A DNA stretch of 64,000 nucleotides from Geosiphon pyriformis uo1. Taxonomy: Eukaryota; Fungi; Glomeromycota. Shown here one piece after another: positions 51,700 through 64,000 of the stretch (position 1 is the first letter of the stretch; each line of letters begins with the position of its first letter). The DNA lies in contig JAAOMT010000678.1 of NCBI GenBank assembly GCA_016748015.1, forward strand, positions 476,389-540,388, written 5' to 3'. The position numbers and the translations under genes were made by a program. The notes under the pieces were generated by a model, which did no database searches, was not told where the DNA came from, and was given only the letters and a program-made list of their open reading frames with translations.

Positions 51700-54600
51700 T
51701 ATAATTCTAAAAATACCAAAAAAAAGCTAAAAAAATAGTTGTTAAGAATCTAATAATAAATTTTTTTGCTGGTTTTTAAATATAAAAATATTAAAAGTTA
51801 ATAAGAGTTTTAAATTTAAATTTTAAAAAAGTAAAATAAGTAGTAATATTAGTAGTATAAATAATAAGTTTAATATTAAGAATATAAAAATATTTATAAG
51901 TTATAGTAAAAAAATAATAATAATAATTTTAAATAAATTAATTCTTAAGAATACTTATGCTTAATTTTACATATTAAATAAGCTTATAAATCAATTTGAA
52001 TTTAGTGTTTTAAGTAATAATAAAAAAGTTCTTAATTTTTTTTCTTTTGTATTTAATAAATTGTTAGAAATTTATTTTATAAGTAAATTGTTTTAAGAGA
52101 ATCTTTACTTTCTCAAAATCTTATATAATTATTAAATATATATTTATATATAAATTAAGTTTAAACAAAACTAAAAAGTTAGCAATAAGAATAAATATTA
52201 TTACAAATATTAATTTGAAGTATGTAAATACATACACAAATTAAAAAATAATTATTAAAAAAATTTTAGTTGATTTTTTCAAATTGGCTAAAATATTAGT
52301 TTTTATTAAGTTTAATAAAATAATATTAATTAAGTTGTATTTATTAGCTTGTAATAAAAAATTATAATAGAATTTAGTAATAATAAAATTGTTAAGTTAG
52401 TTGTTTTTAAGTAATTTATTTTTGTAAATAAAAATCTAGTACATATAATAAAAAATAATATTAATAAATATTTATGAATTTTTAAAAATTATTATTATTT
52501 ATTTTTCTATATCTTGCTAATTAATATATTTTAAATTTAATAGCTTTTTATAATAAAAAAAACTTATATATTTAATTAGAAGTTGATTTTATATATTTAT
52601 GTAAATATATAATGAATTTTTTTTGTAAATAAAATATTATAAAAAACTATTTTATAAATATTTTTAATATGAATTTATATTAAGTTAATCTGTTTTTGTT
52701 TTTGTTTTTGTATATATAATATAATTAAGCTAAATATATATTTATTAAATGTAACTTAAATAAAAAAGCTCTGATTCTTTTAAAAAAAATGTGAATTTAA
52801 TTGCCAAACAACAATAATTAATATATATATATATCAAAAAATTGATTTTTAAGTTTATTTTATTGTTTTTAATAATAATATTTAAACATAAATTGTAAAT
52901 AACACTTTTTTTGATTTTTTGTTTGGTGCTCTTTTAAGTATTAATTTATTTATAAATATTAAATTGTTTTTATTAAAGTTGAAATTAAATGTTTTAAAAA
53001 AATTTTGAATTTATTTCTAAGTTAAACTTTATGTTTTAGCTTAAATTTTTTGTTTCTTTTTTGATTTTGGTCTTTAATTTAGATATAATTATAGATAACT
53101 TTTTTTTTCTCTTAATAAATTTTTTTAATAAGTCTAATAATTTATTACTTTTAAATTTTAGTGCTTTTAGTAGATTTAATATCTTGGTGTTTTTATTTTT
53201 AAGTTAAATAGTTTAAAAACCAAAGTAAATAAGCTTGCAAGCTTTTTAAAATTATGTTTTTAAAATTAAATACTTTATATATTAATAATAATGCTTTATT
53301 TTTTTTTTTAATAATCAATTTAGTTTAAAAAATTATAGCTTGTAATATTAAAAAAAAAAAAATTTTGCAAAACAAAATAATATACTAAAATAATATAAAA
53401 ATACAAATAATACAGTTTTAATTATTATTGGAATAAAATTAAAAAATTAAATTAAATCTTAGATTATAAACAGATTTAATAAAATATAAATAATTAGAAT
53501 TGTAATTATTATAAATCTTAAAATTTTGAATTTGGTTTTATTAATTTATTTATTATTTAGAAATAAGTTTTTAATTATTATTTTAAGAAATATCTGGCTT
53601 ATATACTTTTTTAGCAAATTGTTTTATAATTAAGATTCTAACTTAAAATAATTCTAAAAAGATTAAGAAAGTTATTAATTAAATTTTTGTTAATAATTTT
53701 TTAATAATTTTTATTATCAAACAGAATAAATATAATATATTTAGGTTTTTTAATTTAGATAGTTTTTTAAATATTTATTTTAATATTTTGTGCATAAAAA
53801 CCATTAAAAATATTAGTTTAAAGATATTAACAATGTTAAATAAAATTTTTAAGAATTTTTTATTATTATTGCTATTATTATAATTAAAATATTTGATAAA
53901 TCAAAAAAAACTAATTTAAATATAATTTAAATTTTTATTAAGACTATTTTGTGTTTATTAACTAATAAAATATTTGTTAAAACTTGGTTTTAATTTTAAT
54001 TTTAAAAAACTTTGGTGTTTTCATATAAGTTAAAAACATTTAAAATACAAAATATGTTAAGACATAGTTTCTATTATAATAATATTAATATAACTATGTT
54101 AAATATAAATAAATTTTTAAGTATTATAAATTTTTAATAGTTAAAATATCTAAAATAAAATCAATTATTAAATAATTTTATTAATAATTAAGATTATATA
54201 ATTAAAAATATATTAGAGTATTTTTTTAAAAAATTGTTTCAAATTATTTAATTGTAAATAATAAATTGATTTTAAAGCCAGAAAAAATCAAGTTTATAAT
54301 AAAACAAATATAAATATAAACTTAAAAATTAACTTATTATTTAAAAACTGTATAATCAAAAAAAATTAACTAATTTGGTCTTAAAAGTATTATAAAAAAC
54401 AATAATTTTTTTTGCTTAATTAGAAAAAAATTTTAATATTATTTTTTTTATTAATATAAACTAAGAAATAAAAATAACATTAATAGCAAAAATATTTTTA
54501 AAATAAACAATATATTATTACAAGTTAACAAACTTTAACTTAATATAAATAATATTATTAAAAACACTTAAAACAGTTTTAATGTTATTAAAAATAGTAT

Positions 54601-56330
54601 TAAAAGAAATATTACAAAAAATAATAGCAAAAAAAATTATTAATAAAAACCACAAAAAATTTAACAATCTTAAAAATAAAAAAAAGTAATTTAACAAACT
54701 TAATTTATATAGCAGTATTCAAAAAAACTTAAAATACAAACTTTATATAAAAAAGTCTGTTATTATTTTTAATAGTTGAATTTAATCCAAAAAAATTCTG
54801 CAAAAATTATAATGTAATTTTAATATAAACCAATTTAATTTTATTAGTTTTATTTAATATTAAAACAAATATTATTTATTTAAAAAATCTTTAATAGTTA
54901 ATAATTGTTTTTTAAATATTATTAAAAGTAGTATTATTAAAAAAAATTGATTTTCTATTTAATAAGTTAAATTTTTAATATTAAATAATTTAATAGGCTA
55001 GTTAAGTAAAAATACATGTAAAAACATAATTTGTTTTGTTTTTAAAATCAGTAAAAATCAGTTAAAAATTAACTTAACAAATAATACAATTAATAATTAA
55101 TTAAAACTTATTTCAACAAACATATTACTATTGTTATTATTTAAAAAAAATTATTGTTTACAGCCAAATTTAAATTAAGTAATATAATTAATATAGTTCT
55201 AATAAAATTAATATAATTTCAATATTTTATTTTTTACAACAGAAAAAACAAGCTTTAAAAACTGAGTAATATTTTAAGAAATTACCAAAAAAGAAAACTT
55301 TTTTAAATATCTTAAAAAATTGATATTTTTAAATAAAAAAACAAAAGCATTTGCTTTTTTAGTTTGAGTTGAATATGAAAAGAATAATAATAATAAAAAA
55401 TAACTTAATTATTAGTTTGCTATTAAAAATTCTGAAATATTTTGTAATAATTATTTTAACATTAAAATTAACTATATATTATTACTTAAAAAAAATTTAA
55501 ATAAAAAAACTTATATTTAAAACCAGCAAAAAACTGGTTTTCAACTTTTTATTTAAAAAAATGGTTTTACAAAGCACAATTAAACAGTTTTTATAGTCAT
55601 AAATGTTTTATTAGTAAAAAAATTATTAATTGCTTTAAAAAATAAAAAAATTGTCATTTTTTTATTTTTTGTTCTAATTATAATTATAAAATATGAAAAA
55701 AACAAAATAATAATAATAATAATAATAATAAATTTAAATTTGTTATTTTAAATATATAATTATATCTATTTTATGTGTTAATTTTTTAATTTTACTTAAA
55801 AACTAAAATATGTTATTAAAACTAATATTTTAAAAAAAATAATATTTTATAAAAAAAATTTTAATTGTTAGTATTTAAATATTAAATTTAAATTATTTTG
55901 CTTTTAAATATAAAGTATTTTTATCTTATTTTTTAAAATTAATATTAATAAAAATTATATATAAAAGCTACTGCTTTTTTGGCTTTTTTTTTTGTTATTG
56001 TTAATTTTACAATTAATTTTAAGTTAACTAAGTTGGCTTTGCTAAATTAAATTTATTATTAAATTTAATAAATAAAGAAAATTTTTTAAAATAATGGTTT
56101 TTTAAAAGCTTTAAGTTTTTAATCTCAAATTTAATACAAATAAAATTGTTGTATAATTGATTAGTTTAAAATAATTTAATTGTAATTATACAAAATATAG
56201 TTGTTTTAAGTAAGTTTTTTTTATAGATTTATTGCTATTTAGTTTTAATTTGTTTAAAAAACTAATTATATGTAAAAAACACATAAGTTATATATTAATT
56301 TAAAGCTTATTGTAACTATATTATATTAAA
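51700..56330 (+). mobile_element. Hypermutated non-LTR retrotransposon copy 1 (ORF1 plus APE/RT ORF2 remnants); boundaries approximate
   Basis: 52248: IIIKKILVDFFKLA...LVVFK*FIFVNKNLVHI aligns with copies 2 and 3. 53314: INLV*KIIACNIKK...AKQNNILK*YK resembles an APE-endonuclease N-terminus after G->A/C->T erosion. Extreme AT content, no CpG seen. Confidence 0.6.
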
Positions 56331-57607
56331 TAATAATTAGACGACATTTATTATTGTAAATAAAAATAAAATAAAATACATAGAAAAATGAATAATACAA
56401 TAAAAATATTTAATTTAATTTAAAAAATAAATATTATTTTTAATTAAAATTAACGTGATTGGACTGCACTCGTTAAATAGTAAAAAAAAATTAACATAAA
56501 ATTATTTTAATTTTTATTATTAACTTATTATTATTTTATTATTTTATATTTTACATTAATTAATTATTTTCGATTGTAAAAATTTACAAGTATAATTAAA
56601 TTATGTATATTTTAAATTTTTAACAATAAAAAGTTTGATAGTTTGCCAAAATTTATTTCTATTTAAATAAATTTATTAAGATTTTACAAAATTAATAATA
56701 CTAGAATATAAATCAAAAAATATAAAAATTAATTGATTTTTTTTATAATTATTTTACAAAATTAATCTTTCATTTTAAACAAATTGTAACATTTGAATTG
56801 AATATTTTAGACTGTTTACAAATCTTAGAGAGTTTGGTTTTGGAAACAAATTCAGTTCTAAATTTGATAACAAGATTAAAATGAATTCAAGCTATCAGAA
56901 ATGCATTTACAACAAAAACTTTTAAATATTTCATAACATTGGCAAACCACACACAAGAAATGCTTCTGGCTAATTTCTAAGTAATAAAATAATTAAATCA
57001 AAATAAACATAAAATGTAATATTTTTTGAATTGATAGTATTTCAGAGAATTTATGTGCAATGGGACTCACCCGGCCAAATTTTAAATATATATTCGTCAA
57101 AATATATTATTATCACCAGCTTTGAAGTTTATGAAACTCTGAGTGGAGATTTTAAAGGTTAAAAATTAAAAATTAAAAAGCAGTCACTTCATATTTGAAA
57201 TATAAGGCTTCAGATATTTTAAAATGAGAAAACTTAGCTAATAGCGGCTTTTGATATTTCATTCGTTCATTCTTTGTAATCTTGAATAATAATAATTTAC
57301 AATAAGGTTATGGTTTTATTTAACTGATAAAAGTTAAAAAAAATTTTACCATGTTTTAGCAATCCTCATACAAGACATTAATCATGTAATAACGAGACTA
57401 ATCACTTTTGCATTTTTTATTTAGTAAAAGAGATCCTTCTCAAACTGAGAGAATTATGGTCAAGACGAATAGGTAGTCATGATTTCAAGAAAACGATTAA
57501 AAGATTTCGAGGATGAATGATTTACAACAGCGAGGGTCTCCTGTTCTTTTGAAGATGTGTAGACGTAACTTCGGCGGGGGTTTTGAAAGTAAATGATAAA
57601 TGGCAGT

Positions 57608-58978
57608 TTAGAATTTAGTGAGCCTTTGTTGAGCCACATGAACCTTTTTCAAGATTTGCATCAAGAGCTTGGCAGCCATTGGATGTGCCTCATCGATGTT
57701 TAAGAATGAGGGTGTTTCTCGAACCTTGGCAAAATTTCGGACTACATAATCGATTACAATCTCCTTGACATCAGGCCATTTCCAAGCCGCATCAAATAAA
57801 ATACGAGCGGCATTATCTTCATTTAATATCTTGAGCAATTTTTCCTTGGCCCTTTCTCTTAACTCCACAACGAGATACTTGTCGCTGATAGCCATCAAAG
57901 CAAGTGGTGATGTAGGCGAACCGTCCTCGTCACTAAAGTTCGGGTTGTCAGTGTATAAAAAACGTAGCATCGCAAGAAAGGTATCGTATTCGAAATCAGG
58001 AATGTTGACGGTGTACTTGATGGAGGAACCATTTTCGGATGGTTCAGATACTGTATCTTTAATAGGAGATAATTTCTTTTTTGAGCGTGTCCGAATGTTG
58101 GCCGTCGACGGTGACGACATACCTTCATCAGATTCCGCCCATTTCCTTAAAAAGAAATTACGAAAGTACTCAGATCTTTTCCCCAATACGCCACTGCTAG
58201 CATAGACAATGTGACCACCGACGTTGAACTGGACGTCAACCGTCTCTTGCTTATTGACTTCACCTAACCATGCATCAATGAGATCTTGTGGAACTTTTCG
58301 ATTGGGAAATGGTCCTTCAACCAATCTAGCTTCTGTTTGAAATTCACTGAAAGTGACACCAATCAAAAAATTATGTGCGAGTTTAGCCTTCTTATAGAAG
58401 AACCCTGTACGATCGATGAACAGTTAAATTGTAGATCGTTTGTCGATACTGATTAAAAGATTGTATGGGAAGCAAAAATTTATAAATTTAATGATAAACA
58501 TACCTCTATATTTCATATCTGGCGTCAATTTATCCATTTCTAAAGCTAGTTTTCCCACATATTGTTGATTGCCTTCAGAATGAACATTAATAACATATAT
58601 TGTGGCGCATAACTCATGTCGTCTGGCCCAAGGCAATATTGATTCCAACTCGTCTTCATTTGGTATCACGTGCAACCTTACTACAAAGCACTCGGGTTCG
58701 TTGGGATAAGTCTTTTTTGGAAGTAAAAGGAAAAGCGGTAGGACATGATATATTTTGGTACAGAAGACGTGTTTGTTAATATTCGATTAGGTTGAAGGAA
58801 AATTTTTTAGTATTGAACCAGTTGGGCTTTTCTTGAAACAAAAAGACCAATTTCATACTTCACAGTATTCCAATTGCCAAAATAAGTTATCTCCGGTTGC
58901 GAATGGTGGGGTCAACGCATTTGCTTTGCTTTGGTTTAGTTGAAACTCAAAAGTCGCTCGGGCACTTTGTATCGACAT
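57608..58978 (-). CDS. MATH-like + BTB/POZ (SPOP-like) protein, ~374 aa; exons 58978-58859, 58711-58504, 58404-57608
   Basis: BTB: DVQFNVGGHIVYASSGVLGKRSEYFRNFF...IPDFEYDTFLAMLRFLYTD...ISDKYLVVELR. N-terminal TPPFATGDNLFWQL. GTATGA..AAG and GTATGT..CAG introns keep the frame. Confidence 0.88.
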
Positions 58979-59699
58979 TCTTGCAATAACAGTTTGTGAA
59001 AAAAATAAGACGCCGAGTGTTTTGAGAAAAAGACTGTATCCAGGTACTAAATATTCGACAAGTTTTTAAATAGATTGTGTCATAAATTTCTGGAATCGTT
59101 TCTTCTGGATCAAAAGTCACAAGTGCTATCGGAAGCAAAGATTCAAACTGGTCCAGTGTTCTCAAAGGATTTGTATGTTTGGTTCGTTTTTGTTTCTCGA
59201 TGTGTAGCTCACGATTGTCCAATTAACGTGGTTAATCAAATCGTGGCGATGAATCTATGATAAAAGGTAGATCTTATCTAGATATCTGAGGAATCAATAA
59301 GAATGTGCGTCAATTTAAAATTTTGTATGCTAACATAAATCTGAAATTTTACATTGTGACTTATTATTTAACAGATAAAACATTATGATTTCGAGGAATT
59401 TTTTATACGCAGATTTATTCATTCCATTTAATAAAATGTATTTGAATATATTAAGTTATCTGATAAATCCACTATTTAAAATATTAAGAATATTTTAAGT
59501 CACTAAATAAAAATTTGTTTTGAATGTTATTATAAAAATAACAAGAATTTATAAATTATTAAAAAAGTTTGTAATGTTAATTGAACTGATAAATTTAGAA
59601 TAAAACATTTTTGTTACAAAATATTCTTGTTAAAAAGCCAAAAAAATATTTTGTTACTCTCTTCTTTTATTCAGTCCTTTATACAATAATATCTTTATT

Positions 59700-62300
59700 T
59701 AAAAACTAATAATAACAGGCACTTCTATAAGAAGTATACCTAAAAAAAAGGTTTGAAAAAAGAATATTTTAGCACTTAAGCTTAAAAAAAATGTTAAGAA
59801 TTTTGATGGCACTGGCAATCTCTTTTTGAAAAAACTTTTAATGTTAAAAAATAAGTATAATATAAAAACAAAACTACAAAACTAATGTAAATAAATTAGT
59901 TTAAGTTTAATTAAAAAACCAGCTTCTTTTTAAATAGTAATAAAAAAATTTTAATGGTTTTAAAAATAAAATTTCTAAGATTACTAAGACAAAACAGATT
60001 TTGATAAAGGTTTTTTAGCAGTTTATTCTTCAAAAACAAAATATGTAAATATGAAATTTTAACAATTTTGCCCAAGTTTATTAATAGTTTTTTAATTAAA
60101 AAAGAAAGTTAAAAATGTTATTAAGAAATTATTAATATTAAATATTAATTTATTTGCTATAAAAAATAATAATAATTTTAAAGAGATTTTTATTTTTTTA
60201 AAGTTTTATAAAATTATTAAAATATTAATTATATTTAAATTCAGCTTATCTAAAACAAAAAAATTAGTCAAAAAATAATATAATTACAAATGTTAATATA
60301 AAAAATGTAAATTTTTACATAAATTAAGAAATAATTGTTAAGAAAATTTTTATTAATACTTTAAAAGTGGCTGTATAATCAGTTTTTTTAAATTCAATCA
60401 AGTTGTATTAATCAAATTGTTTAATATTCATTGAAAAAATTATTATTAAATTTATCAAATTAGATTAAACTAATTTATTAGTTTTTAAATAGTTTGTTTT
60501 AATTAAAAAAAATATTATATATTTTACAAAAGCTAATATAAATATTTTTTTTGTAAAAAAATAACTATTATGGTTTATTATATATATTATTAATAAATAC
60601 AAATTTTATAAATTATAAAAATTTTTAAAATTAGTAAATAAAAAAATCTGTATTTTTAAAAAAATTTAGTTATTAATATAAAAATTTTTGGTAAATATAA
60701 TTAAATAAATACTATTTTTATGTTAAAAAATAAGTTTTTATTAATTATTTGTTGTTTTTAATAAAAAACTGAATACAAATAATTAATAAAAATATAAAAA
60801 CTAACATATTTAATTTTAATAATACTTTTTTAAAATTGGATTTTTTTAAAATTAATATTTATTAATATTAATTTAAAATTAAACAAGCTTAAAAGTAATT
60901 TGAAATTATTAATTAATTAGATAAATAAATTAATATTAATTTTGTTATATTTTTTTAAAATAGTTTTATAAATTTATTATCTTTTATAATAATATATTAA
61001 AAGTAAAATAGGTTTTTTTGTTTCTAATTTAGAAGTTATTTCTAAGTTTAATTTAAAATTAATTGGTTAAAACAAAAATTTTAAGTTTAATAATCAAAAT
61101 AAATTTTTTAAATTTTATATTAATTGCAATAATATTTTTTTATTAAAAGTGATTTAATATAAAAAATAATAATATTTAATATAAAAAATAAAGTTTTTTA
61201 TAAAACAAAAAAACATTTTTAAAAAACTAAAACTATACTAAAAAAATATAAATTTGGAATTGAAAAATTTTAAAATATAAAATTTTTTGTATATTATAAT
61301 GATAATAAATATTTATAATTTAAAATAATTTATATTATTAATAATAATATTGTTAAACATATTTAAATATTATAAAAATACAAAATAAACCAATTAAAAT
61401 TAAGTTACTATAATAATATGTATTTATATTAAGCATTTATTAAAAACAAATTAGTTAAACTAATAATATTAATATTAATATTAAGTTATTAAATAAAAAC
61501 ATATATATAATTATAAAAAAATTTCAATAAAATTAAAAATAGATATAATATAAATATTTAATATTTAAAATATTTAAGTATTATAAATGTTTTTATAAAA
61601 AAAACTAAAATAACAAAATAAATTTGGTTTAAATTAAAAAGTTTTTTAACATAAATATAAAGTAGTTTAAATATTTTTAAATTTAATTTATTTATTTAGT
61701 TAATTATAAAATAAATAGTGTATATAAACAAAAATATTTAAATAAATTTTGAAGCAAAATATTAATTAAAGCTATTAATATTATTAATATAATTTAATAA
61801 ACTATTTGTAAATATTAATATTTATAATTTTATATTTTAAAATTAATTTAAATAATAAAAGTTTTTTTATTATTATTTAAATTAATAATAATAAAAAACT
61901 AATTAATATTATTTAAAATATTTTATATAATTATAAAATTATTATTAATTTAAATTATATTATTAAAAAATAATTTAATTATAAAATATATAATTAAATT
62001 TAATTTTACATAAAAAAATTATAAAATTCTTTAAAAAAACTTTATTTTAATTAATCTAATTACAAAAATAATTGTTTATATTAATATACTTTTGTAAAAC
62101 ATTTTTTATATTATAAATAATTAAAATTTTATTTAATAAAATTTTAAAAAAAACTTTGTTAACAATTTTAATTAAAGTAATAAATTAATATTAACCAAAC
62201 AGAAAAAAAACTAATTAAAAAAACATAATTAATATATTATAACAAAAAATAATATAAAATTACATAAAATAATTAAGATAATTAATAAAATTCAAAAACT
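59700..62300 (+). mobile_element. Hypermutated non-LTR retrotransposon copy 2; boundaries approximate
   Basis: 60331: IIVKKIFINTLKVAV*SVF..KFNQVVLIKL and ~60472: NLLVFK*FVLIKKNIIYFTKAN align codon by codon with copy 3 (NLVIVKWSILIKKDAMYMVRT). Confidence 0.6.
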
Positions 62301-62329
62301 TCTTTTTTTTTTATGTCTAAAATTTACAG

Positions 62330-64000
62330 AAAAAATACATTTATTGAAAAAAAGTTTTAATCATTTAGTAAAATAAATTCAAACTATTTCTGCTTGATTA
62401 TAAGATCATTTTAGGTCTTAATATTGCTATTATAAAGAAATTTGTTAAAGATTTTGGCTTTAATATTATTGTCAAACCTACTTTATTAAAAAAAAAAGAG
62501 TGGTGTTTTAGAAGATAGTTTAGATAACAAAAAAGTGTTTGCCAAGAGATTAAGTAATTACTTTTGGAGTTTAGAAATTAGTAATTTTACTAAATCTAAT
62601 AGTATTAACATAAAAGTGGAGTGTTTAGTTAAAGAAACTAGTATTGATAATAGTAAGGATAACATTTTTGCTGATGTGAATTCTGACTAAATATCAAAAG
62701 ATTCATAAGTAAAAACCAAAAAAGTTTTGAGTAAGCCATTAAGAAAAATCAATTTTTTAAATAATAATGATAATAATATTTTTTTAAATGCTCTTTTGGT
62801 GTTTTTTTCTCTTTCAAAAATCTGGTCAATGTCTTTGTTAGAAAGTTTTTTGTTTTAAATATCAAATTAGATAGAATTGCTTGGAAAACATCTCAAAAAA
62901 AGTGTATAATAGTCAGAAAACTATTTTCAAGAATCAATAATTTTAAGAAAGCATTAATTTCTTCAAAATTTGCTGGAATTATTTGTCTTTTTTTTACATC
63001 TGAATTGGGTTTAGCACAAATTATAGAAAAGACAAAAGCTGTAAATGTTTTGGTAAACAGTAATCTCAAAAAATTTATTAAGTATTTAGATTAAGCTGTA
63101 ATGATAAAAAAAATTCTAATTAGAATATTAGCTGAAACTGTATATGCTGTATTATCTAAGTTTAGAATAATAAAGTCAATTAAAATGCAATTAATAGAAA
63201 TGTGGCAAAAGGCTGTAATAGAGTTTAAGTAAATAGAGTATGCTAATTTGGTCATAGTGAAATGGTCTATCCTAATCAAAAAAGATGCTATGTATATGGT
63301 AAGAACTTATAAGAACAAAGATTCATGGGATATAAAAAATTATAATAGAGCATTGTTCTATATATTACCAATGGAAACAAATGCTTATAACATCTGAAAT
63401 TTCATTAAATCAATTGGTAAAAAAATGTGCATTATTAATTAGTATCTAGTTATATATACCCAATTAAAATGTGTTGTTGTTTGTTTTATTTCTGCTGAAT
63501 TATTTGATGCTGTCATGAGAACCATATCAGTATTAAGAAGCACTAATCTGCACTAGTTTTGTCTGATTTTTGCTAAGTATGTAAAGTATAGAAATATAAG
63601 TTATATGTTATTAAACTGTTTATAGATGAAAATTTTTTCTTTAGTAAATTTTTTTACAAAATATTGTTAAATACAAATAAGAGCAAACTGGCAATTATTT
63701 ATGCAAAATGTTTGGTTTTTATTCTTTATTTAATTATTTTTAGTAGTGTTTTTTGGGTAAAAGTTGTTGATGAGTTTTTTTTTCCTCTTTTTGTACACAA
63801 TAGTTTGTCAAATTCTGGTTTTTTTCTGAAGATAAAGTTTATTCTATTAGTGCTTAAGTAAATAAATAGTAGATTTGCTGTTTTTGAATACAGTCTTATC
63901 AGTTTTATAGAACAAGTTGGTAAGCTGGTTAAGAGGTTAAACACACTTGGGCCAACAGTTTTCTAGTCTAATTCTAAATATTAGCCATTAGTAACTCTTT
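62330..64000 (+). mobile_element. Non-LTR retrotransposon copy 3, ORF1 (RRM-like + CCHC zinc knuckle) pseudogene, continues past the window end
   Basis: Long interrupted frame ...LSKFRIIKSIKMQLIEMWQKAVIEF...KWSILIKKDA...KCVVVCFISAE. The knuckle remnant YVKYRNISYMLLNC (63578-63619) has exact CX2CX4HX4C spacing with TGT->TAT and CAT->TAT changes. Confidence 0.75.

Noticed and set aside
59700-62300. Mitochondrial insertion or centromeric AT island
   Set aside because: No mitochondrial gene motifs seen; residual ORF1 codons align with the retroelement copies instead.

Overview
Very AT-rich, intron-containing (GT-AG) eukaryotic DNA. Its gene content (MATA/Sox-type HMG-box, Sel1-like repeat and BTB genes) is typical of Glomeromycotina fungi. 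The retroelement family resembles repeats I associate with Geosiphon/Archaeosporales, which is an inference and was not verified. The first ~45 kb hold a cluster of intronless HMG-box genes in three locally duplicated subfamilies: five apparently intact, one with a probable premature stop, one clear pseudogene missed by the ORF track, and possibly one or two eroded remnants. Two spliced Sel1-repeat genes and an O-fucosyltransferase-like gene sit within the cluster. Further right are a kinase pseudogene, a spliced conserved Lys/Arg-rich protein gene, a Tc1 (DD34E) element with TIRs and a spliced MATH-like/BTB gene. Three co-oriented copies of one non-LTR retrotransposon family have been hypermutated by C->T/G->A transitions, with no CpG seen by eye over ~5.4 kb and ~4.6 kb and a zinc knuckle converted to tyrosines. 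The most notable points are the RIP-like mutation signature, birth-and-death of HMG-box genes, and a structured ~110-nt motif present in two diverged copies. No rRNA, tRNA or CRISPR was seen. There is one assembly gap (28261-28280).
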